A stretch of DNA of 64,000 nucleotides from the IMG/VR virus record IMGVR_UViG_3300042471_000228, positions 1-64,000 of that record. One strand, 5' to 3'. This document shows positions 19,601-29,600 of this stretch, piece by piece (position 1 is the first letter of the stretch; each line of letters starts with the position of its first letter). This stretch comes from a virus. Position numbers and translations under genes: made by a program. The notes beneath the pieces are model-generated. The model did not search any database. It was not told the DNA's origin and worked only from the letters and a program-made list of their open reading frames with translations.

Positions 19601-22600
19601 AACTTAAATAATCTAGATGTCTTTACAAATGGATTTCTATCAGTGCTGTAGTGCTCTGTCTCGGGATTATTTATTAACTCTGCAAAAGTGTTTGCGTTAT
19701 TAATATAGTGTATCTGATTACCTGCAGTACTAGGATTGTTCATCTCAGACTGAGGATCACCATTTACGTTAGTAAACATGTAACCAGCATTGAATCCTGA
19801 GAACTTACTTTCTAGTTCTAATAATCTACTCCATAGTTTATTTTGATCATAGAATAGATGATTGGGATTTTCTGGAGATAAACCTACAACTTGTTTCTTA
19901 GTTGCAACTTTGCTAACAACTAAAGCATCAAACATATCACGTAACAAACCTTTGTTAAGCTCGTTAACAATACGAAGGTTATCTGTAATATCAATACCCA
20001 ATGACTGTAAGAACTTCAGAGGTTGTGCGCGAACTGTCTGAATATCAGGAAAGTCTTCGTACAGCTTAGCAAGATCTAGAACATATTCATTAGTCTTTCT
20101 ATCTTTAGTGATGTAGTCTGATTGAACACGTCCTGTTTGGAAACGTTGGTTCAACATTCTTCCGAATGCTTTATCTGCAGAGTCTGATTCTCCTACAACA
20201 ACTCGTACTCCATCAAATGAATCTTCTTCAGTAATCGCTGAATGTTTTTGTACAGTTACTTGTACTCCAGATTGTTTATCTAATCTAGCAGCAAAGAAGA
20301 ATTCACCCCAAAGTCTTTGAGTAATAAAGTTATTTGCTGAATCAGGATTACCTAGTTTAGATACTAATTGCTTTAAGAATTCAAACTTATAGTTTGTTTT
20401 ACCATTCTTAGTTTTAGTATTTGAAGATAGTATAAGATTGTCATACATCTCTTCAGGTGTAAGAGTATTGTTAGTACTAGATATGATTACTGCAAATGCT
20501 GTATCAAAAGGTACAGTTTGCCTAAATCCTAAATCATTATATACAAATCCATCAGCTGTCTTTTCAAATAATGAGTTTAGTATAAATACCATACTATCAC
20601 CCATTCTATCTTTTGCAGAAAACTCAGTACCACTTCCAGCAAACATACCTTCTCTATCCGCCATCAAATCAGGATCTATATCAGATTGACCAGCTACAGT
20701 CATATCTTCATCCATGATTTTAGCATCTAGTTTGATATCAAAGAATCCAGTTCTTTCATTATAGTACTTTAAGAATCCTTGATTAGGTTTATCTACATCA
20801 AATTGACTAGTCACCCACTCTAAGGTTTGTATTGATCTCTCAAGTTTTTCTTTCTCAAATCCTACAGCGTTATCACTCTTTAGTTTTAACTCAGTAATTT
20901 TATTAATGAATTTTAATTTTGCTTCTGTTAGAATAGCATTCTTAATCTTCTCATCAGAGAATACACCTAGTGTAAATTTATTAGTTCCTGTTTTAGCATT
21001 GAACTCATCAATTGTACTAGATATAGCATCTGTCAATCCATCGACTGCCATTAGTGATGCTGTTACATTCAAAGTCTTAATGGGACTAGTGCTATCAGCT
21101 AATGCTGGTATACCGCTATTAAGTCTATTAAACTGAATGTTAGATTGATCGAAACTATAGTTCGTTAAGTCACCTGCTCTAAGTTTTTGGAATACTTCTC
21201 CAATACGCATACCAGGTGTTAACTGGTCTTCTGGTGTAGAGAATCCAAATAATGCTTTAATAGCATCTAGTATAATTCTAAATATAGACTTCTGCTTTGC
21301 TGTCTTCGGTGTATACTTACCTAATGAGAACTCTCTGAACTTTTCAGCAAGATGTTCTTCTGCGTATAATATATGCTCTGGTTTATTAAAATCTAAATCA
21401 GAACTCTTCATGGTTTTCCAACCATTGTCATAATACGATATAGTTTCACCAAGAGACTTGAGGTCATTATATAAATCTAATTTCTGTTTACCAGTTAAGA
21501 ACAACTGTGTAAACCCGTGCCATGCTTCATGGTAAAGATCTGAGTAATCAGATCCTTGGAACAAAGTAATTCCTGCTCTTGTCCATGTAGCTCTAACATC
21601 ACCATTACTATTAGCAATGTTAAACATTGTAGTATAAGGTATGACCTCAGATAGTTTCTTTCTAACCACTTTACCTGTAGAGTCAGTAAAACTAATCTCA
21701 GTGTTTTCAAACCAAGTCTTAGCTTCAGCAACTTGTGTAGGTGTTGCTACTATATCAAAACCAGTCATGTCTCTTCTTTCAAGAAGATTACTTAATTCTG
21801 ATATATCTGTGTCAGTTAATCCTTCTAACTTAACTGTCTTGTTTTTTTGTTTCTCTTCTTGTTCTTTTTTAAATGCAGCTATCTCAGCATCTGTCATTTT
21901 TTTAGAAGCGATGATTGAACTCTCGATAGGTATAGTGAATCCTATGTAAGCATTTTCTTCTCTGATCTCTCCTTTGACCACTTTAACGCCAGACGTTGCG
22001 TTCTTAAAAACCCAATCTTTATAAGGACTCTGTTCTATAGATATATCTAATCCTTCTTTTGTAGGAGTTAACTTAAAATCATAGATATTACCATCTATGT
22101 TTTTAGCACTATAATAAAGTTTATTTTTGTAGGTAACGGTTTCATTATTACCAACTGTGTCTTTAATCTCTCTAGTTAAGAAATCTACAATCTGTTTCTT
22201 AGCTACTTCTTTATCCGCACTTACTGGCTCTCCATTAATACGTACAGTGTTTGTAGCAAGATCATAAGTAAAGTTCTTGCCGATATCTAGTTTTATATAC
22301 TGAGATATAATCTGACCTTTTGACTTAGGAGATAGTAATTCATTTTCATAGAATACATCATTAAGTAATAAGTCAGCAGTTCTTTCAGCAAGATCTGTAG
22401 GAAGCTCATTCATTACAAAAGGAACAGGTTCTGATACACCTGGATACATGAAAGCAGTCTTTACCTCACCTTTTGCTTCAGTAGAAGTTATAATAATGGG
22501 ATCGAATGCAGACGCATCCATTAATTCTGATAGAGGTTTTTTATTATTAAACTCTCTATACAAGAACCCATGAGTCGCGTAGTTAAAGTTTAATTTCAAT

Positions 22601-23640
22601 CTTTTTTTGAAATTACCCTTTGTAGTTAGATACTCCATCATTGTATATAGAGTATCGTACTCGTTGTTTATTTGATCACGTAATGCTTCTTCTGTAATAG
22701 TAATACCTTGTCTTTGTTTACTTTTAATAATAGAACCTAGTGGTTGAATCTTACTATTCTTAATACTTTCGTTTATATCAAATATGCGCTTACCATTCTC
22801 GACAGTAAAACTTGGTATAGTTCTTAAAGGAAAATAAATTATATCTCCTGTGTCATCAGTTAGATTATAATCATTATCAAAGTATACAAGCTCTCCTTCA
22901 GGATTAGTAAATACAATATACATTTGCTTAGATATTCTAAGCTTGATATTTTCTTTGTCTCTCTCATATGGGTATAGTTTATCTTGTGGTAAACTGTATC
23001 CCGGAGTAAGCATGATTTGAATTTTCTGACCTCTGTAGAAGATAGTACCATCTTCATCGGGTAACATCTGTGTGTTAAGTAACTTTATAAAGTTATAATA
23101 CCAACGTAGGTCACGCTCTTCTCTTACTTCTTCCCCTGATGTAGTTAATACGTTGTCGGGTACTTGTACGAATCCTCCTTCAGATGCAATATCATTTACT
23201 GTATCTTTTATTCTAGGTTGAATAGAAACAACACTATTTACTTCTTTAACAGTGTCTTGTACTTTAGGTGTTAGAGTACTTCTGTAATCGTTTAAGTACT
23301 TAGTTACATTATCTATGGACTTATTAAAAGATATAATAACATCTTCTAGTGATCCTGGATCTAGTAACTTCTTCTCTCTTAAGGGTACGCGGATGCTTTC
23401 ATAAACACTCTTAGCTAATTCAATAGAACTAGGAGTAAGTCTAGCAACAGCTAATGCTTTTTGTTGGTCTCCAGTTTTCTCTAGCACCTCATTAAAGATA
23501 CCATTTATAAACTTTGGTAGGTCGACAACAGAATTCTTCTCAATTTTTTGAGCAAGCATTCCTGCTACTTTTCTATCAATTTTTGAGATATCTTCTTTAG
23601 ATAAACTCCATTCCCCTGAAGGATCACAAATTATACTCAT
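13612..23640 (-). CDS. Virion-packaged single-chain two-barrel RNA polymerase (crAss-like), with zincin domain
   Basis: GARIPTQG (17290-17304 core) and GGDFDIDKL (DFDID 17173-17187), matching phi14:2 gp66-type active site; ADAQSW; HEAWH at 21517-21531. Confidence 0.88.
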   Translation of the reverse strand: MSIICDPSGEWSLSKEDISKIDRKVAGMLAQKIEKNSVVDLPKFINGIFNEVLEKTGDQQKALAVARLTPSSIELAKSVYESIRVPLREKKLLDPGSLEDVIISFNKSIDNVTKYLNDYRSTLTPKVQDTVKEVNSVVSIQPRIKDTVNDIASEGGFVQVPDNVLTTSGEEVREERDLRWYYNFIKLLNTQMLPDEDGTIFYRGQKIQIMLTPGYSLPQDKLYPYERDKENIKLRISKQMYIVFTNPEGELVYFDNDYNLTDDTGDIIYFPLRTIPSFTVENGKRIFDINESIKNSKIQPLGSIIKSKQRQGITITEEALRDQINNEYDTLYTMMEYLTTKGNFKKRLKLNFNYATHGFLYREFNNKKPLSELMDASAFDPIIITSTEAKGEVKTAFMYPGVSEPVPFVMNELPTDLAERTADLLLNDVFYENELLSPKSKGQIISQYIKLDIGKNFTYDLATNTVRINGEPVSADKEVAKKQIVDFLTREIKDTVGNNETVTYKNKLYYSAKNIDGNIYDFKLTPTKEGLDISIEQSPYKDWVFKNATSGVKVVKGEIREENAYIGFTIPIESSIIASKKMTDAEIAAFKKEQEEKQKNKTVKLEGLTDTDISELSNLLERRDMTGFDIVATPTQVAEAKTWFENTEISFTDSTGKVVRKKLSEVIPYTTMFNIANSNGDVRATWTRAGITLFQGSDYSDLYHEAWHGFTQLFLTGKQKLDLYNDLKSLGETISYYDNGWKTMKSSDLDFNKPEHILYAEEHLAEKFREFSLGKYTPKTAKQKSIFRIILDAIKALFGFSTPEDQLTPGMRIGEVFQKLRAGDLTNYSFDQSNIQFNRLNSGIPALADSTSPIKTLNVTASLMAVDGLTDAISSTIDEFNAKTGTNKFTLGVFSDEKIKNAILTEAKLKFINKITELKLKSDNAVGFEKEKLERSIQTLEWVTSQFDVDKPNQGFLKYYNERTGFFDIKLDAKIMDEDMTVAGQSDIDPDLMADREGMFAGSGTEFSAKDRMGDSMVFILNSLFEKTADGFVYNDLGFRQTVPFDTAFAVIISSTNNTLTPEEMYDNLILSSNTKTKNGKTNYKFEFLKQLVSKLGNPDSANNFITQRLWGEFFFAARLDKQSGVQVTVQKHSAITEEDSFDGVRVVVGESDSADKAFGRMLNQRFQTGRVQSDYITKDRKTNEYVLDLAKLYEDFPDIQTVRAQPLKFLQSLGIDITDNLRIVNELNKGLLRDMFDALVVSKVATKKQVVGLSPENPNHLFYDQNKLWSRLLELESKFSGFNAGYMFTNVNGDPQSEMNNPSTAGNQIHYINNANTFAELINNPETEHYSTDRNPFVKTSRLFKLLFGNNLGYKNTADGQKIELSVESLLGTQAVDVIDNEIVGIIKGMKSSASDEQTAYLRDYMLNILHGASEAFRHADKTSAYIVRAVAGKTLYYVNPKNFSGNAGREQANKILLGYVASELERIKKVNTKNAVGENASDIILTGGSPGKQITYQSAGSEFVIFDDILKNDLKETLKGLDVNTVEEFQALLVERPELQERIIKDLNDYFDKLALEDYTQLKNYGVTKATGFFDVVKSRLGMTNSNNDTLLKVTSEAFTYNSFIHRIELGTLTYGDPALFFHDKEEHMKRIPGFFATGRIGRTDRSMNTFIEKNKGRYHESPWFKNSGYPEPTNTMASQSTIIPVAVVEDPRVTSVYLNEMIAAAKKAGLAESDFNEYKNMKVADAQSWITFDAYRALELRFNNWSPYKEELYNKILNGEQVDDAVALKAFMPVKKLQYSGPIRLQNFAANAFHKYSLIPLIPSVIKQTRLESLHNKLISQGLAYAVTHSGSKVASLGSEKELDGFYTDDLSPKWESDEFNFTKNFIFVNYLKEQLVTKDKFKEKIKFPTQIRKLITIGLTEDSPLVKSYLSNIDKMQKVAENELKMELGYNDPKSRRKGEPSINLQKFVEYIQNSLTAQDLAEQDIDFITIGDDGKFVYPLDLSSDPGKIEKIISSIVNKRINEQPVYGEQYIQGSGVGFEKFSKPTVDDLIKYGSDGLPFYKFNGDKKSASAMKIKISLHGKFKNLLKLEHLDGKAIGTLDRLNAMLKEDTWLDKGDHRKMVTLIGARIPTQGPNSMEFMEVFEFLPEIAGNIMILPLEIVAKSGGDFDIDKLITMVPGIVDNEGVIEIEKPKATKKLLNTILEQKAETLKEIKELRKKYIKQYLKPEFQEEITKLEQEQVDAYKDFLSQWTNNYYVGGASEKYYSRINSAKEQIDEIYDQLEKDILETRKGEFDQYINEIAPLKQKLRELNREQNSYNPKAFQQDVMDSMKNILSRPDNYINLVRPNGTNIYTEDPVIDDKSIVDALDPYNREYNSKSTKTNPLNGKKMSPTKIFENRYNIVKASALNNGKQGVGMLATGNTFHALATLSGTTMSPVREETKLVKRKPVTYTLTQELLVPHNSKIINGQKEIDFSSFKDADLDKYVRDVVSELMNGYLDVAKKDWVYSINAIKQLEPEFEFMMLAGVPVKVAALMLAQPYVREYLRYFREYSSPYSVLNPEIELSNTNFAKRQAIIQVILDKEMPGVFPVNKEGDPNTFINTPQMLVNLRNSFLDFEQDVDREPIFTFENLKENLKKSNAAFNEQQFAHFVEIIYMASKLTELKMAIRFDTLKNTSYFDAQKQERGLYKILDGAFSKDVIERLLDKTVLKSFRTTDLLRAAIATALPVRANTQLNNTLDAVISDQSLDPEEIEDFAKEFNDDFILYLFQNKLYTFDSSKDTYRSIELNDTVPIKEQAFLKYGAFLDPETGEFLVDKAQIIKDFKSRAFSKDGYGGQVKLAKLPESTFSRLSKDKQIPMYYKFVLEREYLRAAIPYETITSNFEFIKFLTQRQLNTDIPARYEEFIRNKALENLYIDGALFDASYTVGNGIINATAKFTDILESHPDLAKSYPVLDIIGVASSGTMRFFKLNDRNSDGTILTSYKNQMNDLANPAVQKVKNDEENLYISNFFAKMKTIAYLQAGNNKLSNLYMMSIFDNKDLAAYMASDVKKIADGSDIEKELSDFSEKFIRSYRTRGRFVYTNYAAAAPTVAKSTIPIVVSQSKVKTSSVFLNEDTGEIEAVYQYNESMFETSKSFTGRDEQIYTKTEYKVTPETVQAMFDANPEAVYVFEDVYPTVKLDSEGNVIVGDRPTTPTQIDQQAFRAGLATGNSFAIPVVKKDGSLPNPKGNAVAKDLIDQYIKELVALKESGKTVVFPSNGIGAKLLGFYRNNMGSISLRENAERNTDLYLYLSRQLLENFGYRNPKFELITKNFNTEELGGMGTGLEFIQEYYKSKDIQRKTDKEVSDYINKCKGIS

Positions 23641-23652
23641 TTTTACTTTCCT

Positions 23653-26600
23653 TTAACAACTGAATAAATCCTCGTCATTAGTTTTCTGCTCGTCCTTATT
23701 GAAAGGATCGAATCCTTCTAAGCTTTCCTTTCTCTCGTTAACTGATTGATCTGCAGCATTTTGTCCGGAATTAGACTGTTGTTTAGTAGTAGTATCTGAC
23801 TTATCAACTTTTGTTTCCTCTATCATACCGAGAACTTTTTCATTAACATCTCTCTCTGCTAATTTAAGACTTTTTGCTTTAGATCCCAAACCTGCATAAG
23901 ACAAATCATCAACATCTACAAACAATCCACCTTGAGCACCTTTGTTATATTCGTCAGTGACGTCTTTTATCTCTAGCTTGTTATCCTGAGTCTCTCCAAT
24001 AACCAGACCTATTCTCTCCTCATTCTTCTTATTCAAGAATCTTATTAGAGTATTCTCTCCTTTATTTACTAAGTCTTTAATAGATAGCTGCTTATTAATT
24101 TGTTCTCTCTTTTGATTTCGTAAAGCAATGTATTGATCTAGTGGTAAGTTTTGTTCTTCTAGTAACTCATCAAGTACACCAGTTCTCTCTAAAGTATTGA
24201 GCATCAGCATAGTAGTATTAAAGTCTTCTTTATTATTAACACCATTTAGTAATGCTCTTATGTCTTTTAGTTTCTTTGGAATCTGTGATTTAGGACCTCC
24301 TGTAATAATACTTTCAGAAGAATCTGTCATTACACGTTTCTTAGTTCCAACAAATAGTCTTTCTTTATCAGCAATACCGGTTCTTCCAGTAGGAGTTACC
24401 GGAGCAGTAACTGTGAATGAAGACATACCATTTAGGATTGCTAAGTCTATTCTACCATATGGTAAGATAGAGGGTGAATCAAAAACCACAGTCTTATTTG
24501 TACCAGACACCAGTGTGTTAGCTTTAGATAATGCTACTGGATATATCATACTAGATATACTAGAATCCCCGTCTCTCTCAAGTGTAGCTAACTTATATAG
24601 GAAGTTACCCTTACCTGTAATGTTATCAGGGGTAACTCCGTTTTTATTTATAAAATCTAGCAACGCTTTTGCGGAAGAACCAATCTTACCTTTGTCTTGT
24701 GCTAATGTTTCTAAGCGCGCTTTAACAGCATTGATATCTAATTCTAGAATAGCTTCCTGTATTAGATCAGAACCAAGAATAAGATCTTCGGAGTGAGTAG
24801 ACATGTTACCTACTGTATAAGCATCTGGAGTAATATAGATTACTTTTCCTTGTAATGACTTAGCAATAGATTTGTTATCGTATGTTTTAGTGGGTTCTTC
24901 TTTACCACCTTCTAAAGCATCTAGTTCTGCATAAGCTTTACTATCTTTTCTACCAGCTTCTTCAAGAGCTTGCATAGCTTGCTCTCTAGTCATTGTACCT
25001 TTTTTAACAGCATCTATATATTCTGCATCATATTTAGCATTAATTTCTTTTTCTACTTCTTCTTTTGTTTCTTCCCTTATAGTTTCAGTATCTCTATATA
25101 TTCCAGAAGGTTTACCATTACTATCTATAATTTCACTACCTGCTACATTATACGTACTAACATATCCTCTACCAGCATCAAAATTAAGACTTGTTTGAGT
25201 TATCCATCTTAAACTAGAGCTTCTTCTTTTTTCTATATCAGCTTTCTTAGCTTCTATATCAGCTTTAGCATCTGTAGAAACAGTAGGTTGCTGAGTAGTC
25301 AATTGTTCATTTAATGTTTCTAATTTTGATAAAACTTCCTGACCCAATCTATATGGAAATCCTGTAGCATTATTTAATACAACATTAAATATATCATTTA
25401 CTTCTTGATTATTATAAGTAGACTCAATGACACTTCTGATCTCATCTATTATCTTAGTGTAATTTTCTGTACCAATAGCATCTTTAAGATTACCTAAATC
25501 AATACCTTGGTTTATATACTTTTGTCTTATTTGCTCAATAGCTACTCCAGCTTTGTAAAATGCTCCACTTAAAGCTTGAATAAAATAGTCAGTGCTAAGC
25601 ATAACTCCTTGACCTCCTGTAAACAAATAATCAGCAGCTATCATTCCATAAGGAGATATTTTAGCATCTGTACCAGTTTGAGTACCAGCAGGTGCTGCTT
25701 TCTTTTTAATAATCTCATTAATCTCAGAAGTTTTACCATTAAATATTGCAGTCTCTCTTTGTGAAAGAGTTTCTCGTTTCATTACTTTATCTGCAATAGA
25801 ATCAAGAATATCTTGAGGAACAATGTTATTATCAACAAAGTTATTATAAATGTCATCTGCAATTATATCCGTAACTGTAGGCGCACCTTGTTTCTTAATA
25901 GGATTCTCTGGATATGTAGTAACTGTTTGAGTTACAGCAGGAATATTAAGATCATATATAGTCTTTGAATTATCTACAGCAATAGAATAACCACCTACTC
26001 TAATTACATTCTGTCCTTGCTCGTTTTCTGTAATGCTTAGAATCTCTCTTTCTAATTGAGCTTGTGACATAACACCACTCTTAGCAGTGCTTGTAATAAT
26101 CGGGAATATATTAATACTATCTACTTCTAATCCTGTATTCTGACGAAGTAATTCTTTATAAGCAAGCTGTTGTGCTCTATCATCTATTACATAGAATATC
26201 TGAGCTTTAACATCATTGCCTTCACTTATTGATTTTTTCTCAACTGGGAAGTTATTTAGAATCTCATCCAACTTATCTTCTATCATAGCTCGCTCTGCAG
26301 GATCAGTATAACTATCGATAGTTCTCTTAATATAATAATCGTTTTCTTTAAGCTTTGTAGCAAAGTCTGTAAAGTTAGCACCTAGTGCTTTAGACATCTT
26401 ATTATATACATCATACGCTAGTCTTCTATTTGTATAGGAAGACTTCATATCAATAATGAATACTTTACCAGCTTTATTGTAAGCAAGGATATCCATCTCA
26501 CCTGCAGTAGGTATGTTTCCTAGCATTCCCGAAATGATTGGGAAATCCGGAATAACTTTAAGACCTTTTTTATTAAGTTCTCTTTGAACATTTCTTACAA

Positions 26601-29600
26601 TATCAAAAAGATCTTCAAGCATTGCATCGTTAAAGTTTACATAAGCATTCCTGGGTTTCTTCTGTACTTCTGTATAGTATTTCTTAAACTCCTCAAATGA
26701 TTGTATATCTCCTAATAGATACTTCTTATAGAGAGCATCAATTATATTTCCTCTAGCTGCTGCAACATTATTTACGCTAGACTTATTTTCTTTAACAACA
26801 GTACTAACACGTTCTCTTTCTGTTGCGGGAATCGGATTACCATTCTCATCGTACTGCACATATTGTTTACCATCTTCTGTAAGAGCTAAGTTTAATACTG
26901 CTGCTTTTTCTTTAGCAGTATTCATTTGAACATCTATATCTCCCCAATCTTGTTGATTAAGGTTAGGTACAAATCCTTTAGCTATTTCGTCACGTCTGTT
27001 GTAAAGATCATCTATCTCAGTATCTGACAAAGCATTTATCTCTTCTATAGTATATCCTATAGATGTTAGAGTGTTTCTTTTAATAGCAGCTGTGACCATA
27101 GGTGATCCGCCACCTTGAGTACCAGCAGCTTGTTGTCTAATTTTATCCGCTTTATGTTTTCTAGTTATCTCTAGTGCTCTGGAATCAGAAATCATCCAGC
27201 TATCGAAGTTCATTCTAGACGCATCCTCTGGAGTCATACCAGCAATAATAGCATCATACTTCTCTCGAAGTTTTGCCATCAGTTCAGCATCTTGTTTGTC
27301 TACATCAATAGGAGATTGTGTTGGACCAGGTGATGGTGTCTGTGGTGTACCTGCAGGTTTTGTTCCTGTAGTAGGTTGTGATAACTTATTAAGTGTCACA
27401 GCCATTGCTTCTCTATAGAGAGAGGTATTAAAACCTAAGATGTTCTTTAGAAGATCGTTTAAGATATCTAAGAACTTAGACCACATTGTAGTAGCTTCTG
27501 CTGTAAGATCTGTTTGCTCACCAGTGTATTCCATACCAGCTAAGTGCTCTTGGAAATCACCGTTAGTCAACAACTCACCTAAGAAAGCTCTATCATTAGC
27601 TAAAGCGTATTTGAATAATAGTTTTTCAGTATCGTTAGATCCATTAACTGCAAGTGTTCTTAACTCAGATATCTTAGTCGCAAACGTGGTGTCAGATAAA
27701 CTATCTGTAATAACTTTCTGCATTATAGCATTTAGAATAGAGTATTCTAATGGTACAGAAACCTTAGCTCCGTAATCTGAAGAACTATAACGAGCATCTA
27801 CTATGATTCCATTCTGTGTATCATATGTGCTGTTCATATAGTGATTAGATCGGAAAGTAACTACTTCAGTCTTATCAGTTAATGTGATAAGTTTTCTAGC
27901 TAATTCTTTCTGAGCTTGTGTTGCAAACTTATTATTAATAATTGCGTTTAGGAGAGTATCAAGTTTAACTTGAGATTCGTTTCTTCCTTTATCAAATCCA
28001 TATTCAGCAGCTAAGTCAGAGAGTGTTCTCTTGTCTCCAGCTTCGAATTGAGGAACCAATTGACCAATTTCTTTATCTGTACCTTTAACGGTTCCAGCAA
28101 GTCTTACTCCAACATCTTGTCTAGTAGGTTTGAATAATCTTTGTCCTGTACGCTCAAAGAAGATCTCATCATATTGATCAATAAGATCTAATATCTCATC
28201 ATACTTTTGAGCTTCTTTTCTAGGATCAATCTCATACCCGGTATCTGCATTGATAAACTTAGTAGGAACTATATCATTATTAAGATATGCTTCAGCTTCT
28301 TCTTCACTAACAAAAACATTATACTTACTCAGTAAGTCATTTAAGAAATCATTTGTAGCATATCTCTTCTGATATTCTACAGCCATCTTCTTTGCTTCTT
28401 CAGCTTTAACACGATCTGCTTCTGATGCTGCTGTAGCTAATCTTTCGACAGACTGTGCGAATAACTCTGGATTATAAAGTATGTTTATTGCGTTAGCAAT
28501 GTTTGCTTTGTCAGCATCTAATCTCCAGTAATCTTTATACTTCTGAAATAACTCGTCTATTGTTTTATCAAAAATACCAGTTGCTGCACCTGTAGCACCG
28601 CTAGTACCAATAGTAGTAAGATGCTTTTTGAATGCATCATATAGTAACTTTTCAGCTTCATCAGCACGTTCTATATTGTCTTGCTTCTCTTGGTCTGTTA
28701 AGTTCTGACCATTTAATAATTTATATGCAGTAACAGCATTCTGTACAGATACAGATAGTGTCTGTAATGTATTTCTTTTTGCAGTTAACTGATTTCTTCT
28801 TCTTACAAGTTCTGGTTCGGTAGCTCCTTTTAGATTATCAATTTCTTGTTTTAATAATTCTAATTCTGATTCCATTCCTAGGTTATCAGTAGCACCCATT
28901 AGAATGTTACCACCTCGACCGACACTGAATAAGTTTGCAATATCTCCATATAGCGGATCTAAACCAACAGAACCCATCATAGTTTTGATATCATCCTGTA
29001 TAGATACCATTCTGTTACCTACACGATTGTAACTAAAATCATTATACGCAACTAGATCTCTAGCTTCTTCAAAACCTAACCAGTTAAAGAAGTCTGCTTT
29101 TGCATCATAAGGATTTGCAATCTTCTCTACTTCAGTAAGATGTTTATCTACATCATCTATTCTATTAAGTACAGATTGAATTCTTTCTCCTACTGTTTTC
29201 TTATCAACAGGATTAGCACCGGGTTTTTCATTGAATGCTTCAGCTAACTCATCATTAGATAATTCTGATAAACCTTGTAATTGCTCTTTGAATAAGTCTA
29301 GTGTTCCGCTCTTTCTTAAAGTTTTAATATGAGTGAAAAGAGAATCATCATTTGTATCAATAGCAGTTTTAGTATCATTGTTTAACGCTGCATCTTCAAA
29401 TACATCCGCTAGATCTTTTTGTTCCTTTACGTTTCTGTAAAGTTTAGAGAAGTATTCTTTTTTATTCTTAGTTAGATCATTAAGTGCTGTAACTACTTTA
29501 CTATCCCAATCTTTAAACTCATTTAGTTTTTTAGTATATGGATTCTCTTTACCTGCATTTTTAGGATCTGCTGTAAATGCTTTCTCTTGACGTTTAAGAT

